Shown: positions 13,592 through 26,074, counted from the stretch's first letter. The stretch: DNA of 64,000 nucleotides from Octopus vulgaris (GCA_951406725.2 OX597838.1:6944001-7008000); one strand, 5' to 3'. Translations and numbers: made by a program. Notes: generated by a model from the sequence alone, not told the origin.

Positions 13592-13847
13592 TTGGACCAT
13601 TCTTCTAAGTTCCGATTCGGACATATTGCTTTGCGTTTCATTTCGCTCGTCAGAAATTGCTACTTGTGTATCATCTCCATTAATGTCAACTTGACACGCA
13701 CGCAAGTCTATTTTCTCATCATTGCTACGGTGACTCACTGTTAATGACACGGCAGAAACTACGTCGCAAAACCGTTCCGTGCCTGCCCTCTCGAATAACG
13801 CATCAATCAACCAATTTCCCGTAGAGGTCGCTTGACCAGACCATTAT
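13592..13847 (-). pseudogene. Class C GPCR / ANF-receptor Venus-flytrap-like exon with a 4-bp frameshifting duplication
   Basis: Acceptor ctttctctgtacatcttccacAG before 13847 and donor CAA|GTAAAC after 13592. Removing one TGAT (13802-13809) gives a 252-nt phase 0-0 exon IMVWSSDLYGKLVDALFERAGTERFCDVVSAVSLTVSHRSNDEKID...SESELRRMVQ, resembling S.D.YG..G...F.E.A....IC. Confidence 0.5.
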
Positions 13848-14039
13848 CTGTGGAAGATGTACAGAGAAAGATAACAAGAGCAAGGCGTAAGAGCTCTATT
13901 ACTTTGGCAAATCTATAAATATTTCTACAGAAATGAACAATTTCCAATCCAGAAATCAGGCACTGGTGATGCAAGTGAACGATTACACATATTCTGTAAC
14001 TTGTTTTACATATATATATATAGATATAGATATATATCT

Positions 14040-14172
14040 CTCCTTGTTTCTTTCTGTAGAAGAGCGTAGGCTCGAAATGTAAAAGACTTTTTTCTATTCC
14101 TGTGCATTATACTAATAGATCTGTTTGTTTTGTACACCACCTGTCTTCGTCTTTTTTTTCTTCGTAAACTCT

Positions 14173-14176
<4 letters not shown>
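14040..14176 (+). mobile_element. Short interspersed repeat carrying a variant hammerhead motif (copy 1)
   Basis: tcttt-CTGTAGA-A-GAGCgtagGCTC-GAAA-TG-TA-aaaga at 14049-14086. The downstream flank is homologous to 40800-40850. Confidence 0.6.
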
Positions 14177-14216
<40 letters not shown>

Positions 14217-14221
<5 letters not shown>

Positions 14222-14360
14222 GGGCGCTGAAAAGTTCCTGGCCTTAAGAGTATGGCTGGGGGTCCAAATTTCCAATTTTGTTTGTAACAGGGCTTAGAAA
14301 CAGCGAAGAACCGCTGCATTAATTATATGAATCGGAGAAGGGTAAATGTGGCATAAAATC
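14217..14360 (+). mobile_element. Internally deleted mariner element
   Basis: Mariner-type TIR (tgtagggcgctgaaaagttcctggc) joined to the transposase C-terminus TGLETAKNRCINYMNRRRVNVA*, compare GI..L..RW.KC...G.YVE*. Confidence 0.6.
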
Positions 14361-14999
14361 GTAATAACTTCATGCTCTTTGAAATTTTCAGACGCGTTTG
14401 AGGCACATCACTCAAAGCTATAAATATTAATATGAAAATATTTGGATGAAAGACTTTATGGCTAGGTAATGTTGAAGGTATGCGTTCTTGTGAGATTTTT
14501 GTGCACTAGAATGTTACCTGTCATGTGGAGAAAAATTCTGGAAGTGTAATCCGCAGCCATGAGTTGTATCTGGAAACATAGCATCAAAATAGTAATTAGA
14601 AGTTACTCTTTTTGGTGCATTTAGAAAATAATGAAAAAAATAGTCATTTTCGAAAAGAAAATATTCATTTCCTTTAAAAACATCGTTAGATAAAAAGAGA
14701 GAGAAAGAGACCGTCAGTTAGAGACAGAGACAGACAGACAGACAGAGAGGCAGACGGGCGGACAGTCAAATAGGGGCGTAGGTAGGTAGATAGCTAGGTA
14801 GGTAGTTAGCTAGCTAGCTGGATAGCTAAGTAGATGTATTAAATGAAGTTTTTAAAATAATTCAGGAATACGGAAGATTTAGAAATGTGATCTCATCTAA
14901 AATCCTTGTAAAATTCTTGTTTATTGGGAGTTGAAGTTTCTCCTATCTGCTGCTGTACTCAAAATAGATGTACCTGACGCTATCCAAAAAGAAAATAAA

Positions 15000-15560
15000 G
15001 CTTGGCTATATTAGAGGTTTATGTTTGATTTATTTCTTTAACAAATTTGCGCAAATGTCTTGTTCAGATTTGCTTACAACACATCTTTCGATGAGTTGAA
15101 GTATTTCCAACCTGATTGTATTCCTACATAATTTTATTATTACTCCCGAGCTGAATGGTTATAGATGGCTCAAGACGCATATAACTTTCCATCCCCTCGA
15201 TTTCAGCGCCTTCAACTACAGCTTGTATAGGTGTCACGGCTCCCGACAGAATGTGCATTGTTTTCGCACGGTTTGTCTTCAGGCTAACCGCTGAAGCCAC
15301 GGTTTTCAGCTCGTTCAACACAGCCTCTAGCTTCCCAGTACTTTCGGCGATCAGCGTACTGTTATTTACGAACTAGAAAAGAGTGAGCGGCTCGCATTTG
15401 CTTTGCATCCTACCGTCCAAGGTGATGCCTTTGATAATGATTTCGTGACAGGATGTGAAGAGCATTGGAGTGATGGCATCTCCTCATTTAACTCATCTCT
15501 CGAGAGACACACGCACGAGTGATGATAAAAAGGACACGTTCGTAGTGCATCAGAAATCGC
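15000..15560 (-). mobile_element. RTE-clade LINE reverse transcriptase fragment (decayed)
   Basis: GDAITPMLFT and L*FVNNSTLIAESTGKLEAVLNEL...VSLKTNRAKT are decayed forms of QGD..SP.LF and LRFADDIVLIAES...GLKIN..KT. Confidence 0.75.
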
Positions 15561-15563
15561 TTC

Positions 15564-15646
<83 letters not shown>

Positions 15647-16536
15647 CATACATATATGCATATATTTTATATATAAATTCATATATAGCCAATATGAGTA
15701 TATTTAGTCATATTTTATCCAAGATACACTGGTTTAATATATTGTACATCGAAGAAATATTTCTTCTATGCACATATAATATAAAATATTATGTAATATC
15801 AAAATTATATCAGATTATATACATGTATATGTTTTGTAGCGTCAATTGGATTCGAAGTGAAACAATTGTTGGTGAAGATGTTAATTAATTAATTAATTAA
15901 TTTGTATCAATCGGATCTCTCCGTTTTCAAACTTAATAATAATATACATACATATATACATAAATATTTTCGTACGTGTATGCATGCATACGTACATACA
16001 TGCTGTTTTGTTGTAGATTTATTAGCTCTCCAATATTCTTGTGACAGTTACTGGAGCTATACTACCGTCGGACAGAGATTTTCAGTAATTTTACTTGGAG
16101 TTCTACTAATTTCAAGACGGAAAACGACATATAGATAGGCAGACAGAGATAGAGAGAGAGAAAGAGGGATAGCGAGAGAGACAGAGAGAGTAGCAGAGAT
16201 ATACACAGTGAGAAATAGAGAGAAAGTGAGAGAGAGAGAGAGAGAAGCAATGGCAGAGAAAGCATGATTCAGATCAATGAAGAGGAAGGAAAGAAAGATT
16301 TAACTCACTAAAATATGACGTTAGAGCAAAAAACAAATTGTCATAGACAAGGAGAGGACATGTTGTACTGCCAGTTAGAATTAAAATGATGGCAAAACAT
16401 TTTATGAACCACAAAGAAATTGTCAAAAATCTTGTCATTTGAACAGGAAAGAAGAAAAATTGAAAACACGACTACTAAGTTGCTTAGCTGGATGTCTCAG
16501 TTCATAAACACACACATGCAAAGTTGTATGTATGCA

Positions 16537-17303
16537 TGAATTTAGGTGTCATTATGCGTGCATAAAAGTATGTATGCATATATGTATGTACATGTGTCTG
16601 TATCTACGTATGTTTGTCTGTATTTATGTAAGAGTATATGTATGTATGAATTTAGGTGTCATTATGCGTGCATAAAAGTATGTATGCATATCTGTATGTA
16701 CATGTGTCTGTATCTACGTATGTTTGTCTGTATTTATGTAAGAGTATATGTATGTATGAATTTAGGTGTCATTATGCGTGCATAAAAGTATGTATGCATA
16801 TCTGTATGTACATGTGTCTGTATCTACGTATGTTTGTCTGTATTTATGTAAGAGTATATGTATGTATGAATTTAGGTGTCATTATGCGTGCATAAAAGTA
16901 TGTATGCATATCTGTATGTACATGTGTCTGTATCTACGTATGTTTGTCTGTATTTATGTAAGAGTATATGTATGTATGAATTTAGGTGTCATTATGCGTG
17001 CATAAAAGTATGTATGCATATCTGTATGTACATGTGTCTGTATCTACGTATGTTTGTCTGTATTTATGTAAGAGTATATGTATGTATGAATTTAGGTGTC
17101 ATTATGCGTGCATAAAAGTATGTATGCATATCTGTATGTACATGTGTCTGTATCTACGTATGTGTGTCTGTATTTATGTAAGAGTATATGTATGTATGAA
17201 TTTAGGTGTCATTATGCGTGCATAAAAGTATGTATGCATATATGTATGTAGATATGTCTGTATCTACGTATGTGTGTCTGTATTCATGTAAGAGTATATG
17301 TAT
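16537..17303. repeat. 110-bp tandem minisatellite, about 7 copies
   Basis: The unit start tgaatttaggtgtcattatgcgtgcataaaag recurs at 16537, 16647, 16757, 16867, 16977, 17087 and 17197. No spacers. Confidence 0.95.
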
Positions 17304-17792
17304 GTGTGTATTTATGTATGTCTTTATGTGTGCATAAATATATGTATGTTCGTATGTTTGTATGTATGCATGTGCGTATCTGTGCATGTTTGCATGTATG
17401 CATGTATGTACGTATGTATGCATCTAGAAGGAAACAGCAATTATGTAACCAACTGCATTAGCTTACAGCTGTTGCTGCCACAAGATACAATGGCTCAGAG
17501 CAGAGATGTTTGTGCGGCACATTATAGCTCCCTCGAATATATGTGTATGTATGGGTGTGTCCATGTGTGTGTGTGTGTGTGTATGTGTGTGTGCGTCTGT
17601 GTGTGTATGCGAGTGTGCACGTATGTATATATTACATATATTATTTTATTTTGTGAGGTTTCATTTGCCAATAAGAATCACTTGGACCATTGTTATCTGA
17701 TCGCGTTTACACTATGGGGCGTATCTATGAATTCCTCGTTTCAATTTAGTTCTCCTCTGACATCCTCTTATATTTTGTAATGCTGAAATAAG

Positions 17793-17908
17793 ATAGAATA
17801 AGTTCTAGGTTTCCAAAGAGTAAGTCCTGGAGTCGATTTGTTCGACTGAAGACAGTGCTCCAGCATGGTCGCAATCAAATCACTGAAACATGTAGAAGAA
17901 TAAAAAGA
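17793..17908 (+). mobile_element. SINE family C, 3' fragment
   Basis: Homologous to 28840-28935 (gtcgat...gtgctccagcatggYcRca.tcaaat.actgaaaca). Confidence 0.8.
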
Positions 17909-18038
17909 ATGATTATATATATGTATGTATACATACTTATATAAATTAAATATATGTATATACATATACGTATGTGTATGTGTGTGTGTATGTGTATCTA
18001 TGTATATATACATACAGATAACATTATATACATACATA

Positions 18039-18106
<68 letters not shown>

Positions 18107-18906
18107 CATATACAAACACATACATTCTTATTTCTATACAATTAGGCCCTAGAGCATTCTTGCTATTCCTAGACTCTCTCTATTTCCCTTTTCTTCTCTT
18201 TCTATACGCACGAACACACACACACACAAACACACACACAGGCACATGCGAACGCATGCACGCACATAAGACCGTATTCAACTGGGTATGATATATAGAC
18301 GTGTGCAAAGTCCTGTATATGTGCATAGAGAAAATTGGCAAACGATAAAGATATATCGCCCTCATACGTCGTCCATATATATTTGTGATTGCATTGCAAT
18401 ATTTATAAAGTTGAAGCGTTTGAACAGAAATCATTTCACATATCTGGTGAGGTTTAAATTTGACAGAAAGTCATAAATCTTTCCTTAACTTATATCTTTA
18501 GTCATCTGTCTTAATATTTATGACTGAGCTGGACTGCGAATTAACAAAATTGGTAGAACTTTGTAGATAATACGTAGTGGTAATTAGTTGTCTAAATCTA
18601 CGTACGGTGCTAGGATTGTAGCTTGGCTAGCTTTTACTTCCATACCTTAGTGAATTCCGAGTTAAAATAATCGCTTAAATTGTGTGGTTTGTGTTAACAG
18701 CCATTCCACTTCAAAAATGTTCGCGTCAATCTACCTGTCGCTTACGACAGAATAATAACCAAGTTATAAACAAAACGAGAACGCAGAAGAAAACAACAAA
18801 ATAAAACAAAAGAAAACATGTTATGGGATCTACTCGTTCAACAAAAACACTTCAACGCGTTGCACCAGCATGGCCACAGTCCACAGTTTTATGAGTCAAT
18901 AAATAC

Positions 18907-19304
18907 ACTTTTCCACTGTAGGCAAAAGGCCCGAAATTTTAGGGGAAGGCGCTAGTCAATTAGATAGACCACAGTACACAACTGGTATTTAAGTTATCGA
19001 CCCTGAAATGATGAAAGGCAAAGTCGACCTCGGCGGAATTTGAAATCAGAACGTAAAGACAGACGAAATACCTATTTCTTTACTACCCACAAAGGGGCTA
19101 AACACAGAGAGGACAAATAAGGACAGACAAATGGATCAAGTCGATTACATTGACCGCAGTGCGTAACTGGTACTTAATTTATCGACCCCGAAAGGATGAT
19201 AGGCAAAGTCGACCTCGGCGGAATTTGAACTCAGAACATAATGACAAACGAAATACCGTTAAGCATTTCGCCCAAACTGCTAACGTTCCTGCCAGCTCGC
19301 CGCC
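18907..19304 (-). mobile_element. SINE family B (tRNA head plus MetaSINE-like core), dimeric
   Basis: Head ggcggcgagctggcag, B-box-like gagttcaaattcc, and core gtcgactttgcctttcatcctttcggggtcgataa present twice, with a junction near 19071. Confidence 0.9.
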
Positions 19305-19390
19305 TTATACAAAAAAAAATATTGTATTCCACCTTTACGACTGATGCTGGAATGTGTCCGTTAAGATGTCATTATTATTGTGAACATTAA

Positions 19391-19797
19391 AGAAGCGAGC
19401 TGGCAGAATCTTTATCACGCCGGAGGAAATGCTTTGCGGTATTTCGCCCGTTGCAGCATTCTGAGTTTAAATTCCACCGGGGTATACTTTGCCTTTCATG
19501 CTTTCGGGGTCGATAAATGAAGTACCAGTGAAACACTGGGGTCGATGCAATGGACTCATCTCCTCCCCCAACATGATTGCCCTTGAATCGACTACTGGCA
19601 GAATCGTTAGCACGCCGGGCGAAATGCTTAGCGGTATTTCGTCCGCCTTCACGTTTTGTGTTCAAATTCTGCCCAGGTCGACTTTGCCTTTCATCCTTTC
19701 AGAGTCGATAAGTAAGTACCAGTAAAAAACTGGAGTCGATGTAATTGACTCATCCTTTCCCCTAAAGTGGCTGCCCTTGTAGCAAATTTTGAAACCA
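19391..19797 (+). mobile_element. Two tandem SINE family B copies
   Basis: ctggcagaatc...aaattc...actttgcctttcat occurs at 19391-19575 and 19596-19797. Confidence 0.9.
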
Positions 19798-19849
19798 TTA
19801 TTATTGTGAACATGACAGTTTTGAATCTAAGGAATCCTGGGCTGGGCTA

Positions 19850-20058
19850 GTGAGTTTCCACCGCGTACAAGTGACCGAGGAGACAACACTCTCTCTGAAG
19901 AGAGCGCCAGTCCGTCGGAGTGTGTCCCATTTGCAGCTGAGAGGACTGGTGCAACGTGCAATGTAATGTTTCGCCCAACAAAACAACGCATTACCCCGTG
20001 TTTGAATCGAAATCATGACGTTGGAGTCATAAGTGCAACAACATAACCACTATGCCAA
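19850..20058 (-). mobile_element. SINE family D-like copy (decayed)
   Basis: Minus head tggcatagtggtta, and a body homologous to 46765-46895. Confidence 0.65.
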
Positions 20059-20099
20059 TCACATGAAGACGACCGCATTGTGGAAGACAAGGAGCAGTT

Positions 20100-20185
20100 T
20101 GGAAGATGGGAGGTTTAGGCTCGAAGAACTTCGTTGGTCCGGACATATCACCCGACCGGATATGGATCGACCGTGGAATAGAAAA
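20100..20185 (+). mobile_element. RTE-like LINE C-terminal fragment
   Basis: LRWSGHITRPDMDRPW resembles the LRW.GH..R motif. Confidence 0.5.
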
Positions 20186-20611
20186 GAGCATATTGTCACG
20201 TGATATAAACTAGACTTTAATTACAAATCGTTTCTGTGTCCAGTTAGCGTAATAGTAATAGGATTTTATTTCCGAGCAACAAACTCATTTAGTGGATTGT
20301 AACTTATATAAGACTTCATCTGCATACCAAGTACTTACATAGAGAAGGCTATAACGGATGTGCCATACTGTACGTTGTCTACTTAATTAACAATTTATCT
20401 CACACACAGGAGTGTAAATTATTACTGACGTACAACATAGCTATGTTATATATGAACAAGAATTAGCCCCGAGGTGTTTGAACAGATTATAAATCATGGT
20501 TTAAATTGTTAATATGCATAATGTATAGAAATATAGTTTGAAATTTACTGATACAAACCAGCGCACACGCATACTAAACCATCGAAAATATCGGGCATAT
20601 ACAAGTACAAT

Positions 20612-20657
<46 letters not shown>

Positions 20658-20745
20658 CTATATACAAACAGGGAGAAAGAGAGAGAGAGAGTGAGTGAGA
20701 GAGAGAGAGAGAGAAAAGGGAAAATAGATAGGAAAAGATATTGAG

Positions 20746-20784
<39 letters not shown>

Positions 20785-20810
20785 TAAATATATATATATA
20801 TATATATATA

Positions 20811-20931
<121 letters not shown>

Positions 20932-20933
20932 AA

Positions 20934-21170
20934 GTGGAGGCACATGGCCTACTGGTTAGAGCAGCGGACTCGGGAGATCGCGGGTTCGAATCTCAGACCG
21001 GGCGATGTGTGTGTTTATGAGCGAAACACCCGAGCTTCACGCGGCTCCGGCAGAAGGTAATGGCGAACTTCTGCTGACTCTTTCACCACAAATTTCTCTC
21101 ACTCTTTCCTCCTGCATCTTGCAGCTCACCTGCGACGGAACGGTGTCCTGTCTAGGTGGGGAAACCCTTA
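20934..21170 (+). mobile_element. SINE family A (tRNA-derived head)
   Basis: A-box tggcctactgg and B-box ggttcgaatct. The body is shared with 27714-27900. Confidence 0.9.
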
Positions 21171-21376
21171 TAAGAAAGCCCTTATGTGTTTGCGTATGTG
21201 TGTTTATGAAGGAATAAACAATATAGTACGTGGCTCAAGAAGGAACAAACAATATACATAAAAGCATGTAGTGTATACGCATTTATACACTTACGTATAT
21301 ATTTATACACATGCATAGGCATACATGCACACACACACGCATACATACATAGATACATACTTAGATATATGTATAT

Positions 21377-21506
21377 GTGGAGGCGCAATGTCTTAGTGGT
21401 TAAGCCACGTCGAACCTAGTGAGTAGATAGATGGGTGACCGCTTGGGAAACCTAGGTGCTGTAAGTATCTCACATTTTATCGGGCCTTGCTTCTAGAGTA
21501 GAAAAG
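21377..21506 (+). pseudogene. Chimera of tRNA-SINE head, 5S rRNA 3' part and SINE-like tail
   Basis: 21399-21466 (gttaagccacgtcg...gatgggtgaccgcttgggaaacctaggtgctgta) corresponds to roughly nt 50-118 of 5S rRNA. It is preceded by a family A head and followed by a family B-like tail cgggccttg...agtagaaaag. Confidence 0.8.
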
Positions 21507-22048
21507 TCAACTAAGAAATACCTAAGAGAGGCCGACCTTATTCAAACTATAGCTTTACCTATAATTCGATCAACCACATTTCCTGAGTTGCGCCAGTAGA
21601 CCGTCAGGTCGTGGAAATTACTGTAATATTAGCGCCAAGCATTGTTCATGTATAAGAAAAAATTTAGATTTGTGAAAATATGTTTGTGACTTATTTCAAG
21701 AGCTAAAAGGAAAATTCACTGCAGTCGATGTAGAAAATGTTTCGTATGGTATAAACGTGCGAAAACTCGCTATTTGTGCAATACTGCCCGCTTTGGTGAT
21801 TTAGCTCAATGGGAAATAGCAGTTGAAATACGTAACACGTGTTTTACCTTAACCTAAACATGGTGGGGGTCAGAAGTCTGAATAATGTACGTATGGTAGA
21901 TGTGGTGGCAATGGTTGTGGTACGGCCGTTTATAATGCAGCTTTGCTATAAGTTCCAGGTTGAAAAATTGTCATTGTTTTGATGAAAATTGTTCATTGCT
22001 TGACAAATATTGTACAAGTTTGATAAAATTTAAATACGTACTCACAGA

Positions 22049-22148
22049 AGGCTTACTAAGAAGGCTTACGAAGAATAAGCCCTGAGGTCGATGTGTTCGA
22101 CTAAAGGCTTTGCTACAGCATGACTGAAACAAATCCAAGAATAAAAGA
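22049..22148 (+). mobile_element. SINE family C, 3' fragment
   Basis: aggcttacgaagaataagccctgaggtcgat...cagcatgactgaaac. Confidence 0.75.
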
Positions 22149-22175
22149 CTATATATATTCATGTATGTAGGAAGG

Positions 22176-22213
<38 letters not shown>

Positions 22214-22249
22214 GTGACAGAGAGAGAGAGACAGAGAGAGAAGACATAC

Positions 22250-22323
22250 ATAGACATAGATAGATAGATACATTGATAGATACATTGATAGCTAGCTAGA
22301 TAGATAGATAGATAGATATAGAT

Positions 22324-22355
<32 letters not shown>

Positions 22356-22391
22356 TAGATAGATAGATAGATCTACATATATATATATATA

Positions 22392-22431
<40 letters not shown>

Positions 22432-22488
22432 GATAGATAGATATAGATAGATAGATAGATAGAGATAGATAGATAGATAGATAGATAT

Positions 22489-22558
<70 letters not shown>

Positions 22559-22560
22559 CT
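22250..22560. repeat. (TAGA)n/(TA)n microsatellite
   Basis: Direct reading. Confidence 0.95.
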
Positions 22561-23110
22561 AGGTGTGAGGTGTAAAATTTACGTATGTCAAAAGGTATTA
22601 GCCATGAATTATTGAGACATCACACACCAGAAACTATACCAATATAGAATAACTGTATGAGAAGGGCCGCGCACACAGTGGGATCGATGCGCATTAATGC
22701 CGAGGTAACAACCACACACAGTTCGGGCTTTATTCTAACATGTAAAAGGTTCTTATAGAAGTAGTTTACCGTGATCAGAGAACCGTATTCCACAGAGCCT
22801 GGTATACACACGAAGCTCTTGCAAATAATAAAGCCTAAAGCCAGTGGAAGCTAATGCTACTCGACATTGAAAGCAATCAGATTATTAAATATGTGACGCT
22901 AAGCACTATAGCATATCATACAGAAATGTGCACTCTGACACACACACACACACGCGCTTGTACTCACACACACACACTCACACACACACACACACACACA
23001 CATAAACACACACACAAACACACAAAAACTCTTACACACGCACATGAAAATAATAACAGGCTTCCGTGGATGCTGGTGTAGATCTCTATAATGGTATTGA
23101 AAGACAGTTT

Positions 23111-23186
<76 letters not shown>

Positions 23187-23294
23187 TATGTATTTGTATA
23201 TATGTGACTATATATATATATATATATATACACTTGAATTTGTATATATGTGACTGTATGTATATATATATATGAATAAATATACATATGTATA

Positions 23295-23344
<50 letters not shown>

Positions 23345-23347
23345 CAT

Positions 23348-23442
<95 letters not shown>

Positions 23443-24049
23443 CTTTTCTCTGTGTGTGCGTGCATAGATAAGTAGAAATGTATCTGCATATATTTATAAA
23501 TATATAGGCGCACACAGACACTCATACATGCTTACATACATATATACATATATATATGTGTGTGTGTGTTTGTGCGTGTGTGTGTGTGCATATGCGTGTA
23601 TATATATATTCGGATCAAGAGTGGGAGAGAGAGAGAGAGAGAGAGAGGGAGGAAGTGTAGGGGAGACAATGTGAAAATGAGAGAAGTGTGTTGTCTGCTT
23701 GGGAGGTGAAACAGCAAATTATAAGAATTATAATAAAAGAGTGTGAAGGAAGGGTGTGATGTGGAGGCTAAGAATATATTCTGCGTCTAATAATTCCTCT
23801 TCTACAATATCATAAACACATTAAGTTGCAATTCCGATGAACTAAGCTTTCAATTTCACTTTGCTCCACGCTGGGGAGGAAGACATTGAAAAACAAGCGA
23901 AGATATTATGGGATATGGCCCCCCTGTGGTGGGTGTATCTCGAAAAGAAAATATCAATCATTTTTAGAACAGATTTGATTATATTTTAATGTTATTTTTT
24001 TCAATCCATCATCATTGCCGTTTGACGTCGCCGTCGTTGTCGTCAATAC

Positions 24050-24435
24050 CACCATCATCATCATCATCATCATCACGATCATCATCATTATCATCACCAT
24101 CATCATCATCACCATCATCACGATCATCATCATAATCATCATCATCACCATCACGATCATCATCATCATCATCGTCGTCATCATCATCATCATCATCATC
24201 ATCATTATCATCACCATCATCATCATCATCATCATCACCATCATCATCATTATCATCACCATCATCATCATCACCATCATCACCATCATCATCATCATCA
24301 TCACCATCACGATCATCATCATAATCATCATCATCACCATCACGATCATCATCATCATCATCACGATCATCATCATCATCATCGTCGTCATCATCATCAT
24401 CATCATCTTTATCATCATCATTATCATCATTATCA

Positions 24436-24468
<33 letters not shown>

Positions 24469-24469
24469 T
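24050..24469. repeat. (CAT)n/(TTA)n microsatellite
   Basis: Direct reading. Confidence 0.95.
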
Positions 24470-25250
24470 CGCATGAACTCAACAGTTTAATCTGTTGGAA
24501 AAGCAAACATCCTAACATCTGGCTACAGCAAGTAACCTTAGATACCAAGAACACTCCAAAGTATCCTAGCTGTACCTAATAGCAATCTTCTGGTGTTGTA
24601 TTAAAATAGGTTTTATGCCTATTTCCTCTATCCTTCTGTTCAGATCCTTAGGGATAGTTCTCAATATACCTATAACTACTGGGATCAGTAGTTATTTTAC
24701 CCGCACTTTGCATAGTCTCTCAAATTCAGTAGCTAGGTCCTGGTACTTTGCTATTTTTCTGTACTTCCCATATTAATGTCACCATCATTTGGCACTGTAA
24801 GTTCAATCATCTGACACTTTTTATTCTCTTTAACTACTACTACTACGACTACTACAAAATCAGGCCTTTTAGCTTCTATTACTCTGTTAGTTTGAATATT
24901 AAAGTATCCCAGAATCTTATATTTCTTTCTTTCTAGCGCTTTACTAGGTCCATGTTCCTACAATTTATCAGTATGTTCAAATTCAATCTACATCGTTCCC
25001 AACGGATTGCTCACCCTAGATTTTCACGTCTTTTCTTGCATTCTTTCTGTGCCAGCATGCTACATTCACTTACTATATGAGTAAAGCTTTCAGTTTTGAT
25101 TTGCATAATCAAGATTGGGAATCTACTTGGTTTTTGTCTATCTTTGGCTTTTATCCAATTAGTACTTAATGCTTGATCGTGTGCAGCACCTAACGCAGTT
25201 TCTTTCTACCTCTTCAGCTTTACTCTAGTTATCCAATCTGGTTTTATTTC
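24470..25250 (-). mobile_element. R4/Dong-clade non-LTR retrotransposon 3' portion (zinc knuckle plus restriction-like endonuclease), decayed
   Basis: AAHDQALSTNWIK, LCKSKTESFTHIVSECSMLA (CCHC), IQTNRVIEAKRPDFVV, KIAKYQDLA, IPVVIG and LLGTARIL. The 3' end abuts (TAA)n. Confidence 0.85.
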
Positions 25251-25403
25251 TCTATTAGGACATATATGTGTATGTGTGCGTCGTTGTGCGTGCGCGCGCT
25301 TCCTTTCGCGGTCGATGAAGTAAGTAGTGCTTTCAGTCTTCGAGAGTATTATTAGAAGGGAAGACTACTACTACTACTACTACTTCTACTACTACTACTG
25401 CTA

Positions 25404-25436
<33 letters not shown>

Positions 25437-25951
25437 TTACTGCTACTGCTGCTTCTACTACTAAGACTACTACGACCCCTATCATAACTAGTACTGCTGT
25501 TGTTATATTCGCCTCTGCTCTTCAAACATGGTGATTGACACGCGTGAATCATTGCCCTCATTCGATTCTCCTTTCATCTACGCATTTGTTGCTTTCCAAA
25601 CCCTGATACTTTGTAGTTATGAAACTAAATTGTTTTCGCTCCTTCAAAAGGCAAAAAAAGTTCGAGAATGAAAAAAGTATGTTCTTTGCCTGGAGGCGAA
25701 ATATTTTGTATTGCGAAAGAAATATTCTACTTAAGAGATCCAAACGCTTTTAATCTATGTAAGTTAATGCGAATTTATATTGCCCTTTTGCAAAATCGTT
25801 GGAATATCGGAAGCGAAAACCACAGAAGAGGTCTGTCAGATTTCACCATATGCAAAAACACGTACATACACACACATTCATACATTCATTCGCACACACA
25901 CACTATCTCAGTCCCTCACAAACACACATACGCAAAAACCATGTATACATG

Positions 25952-26074
<123 letters not shown>

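Noticed and set aside
16537-17303. Regular repeat array as CRISPR
   Set aside because: Units are contiguous and near-identical, with no unique spacers and no cas genes, in a eukaryotic context.
20934-21002. tRNA gene
   Set aside because: A and B boxes are present, but the cloverleaf is incomplete and runs into a SINE body repeated elsewhere in the window.
21399-21466. Functional 5S rRNA gene
   Set aside because: About 50 nt of the 5' end are missing and there is no oligo-T terminator.
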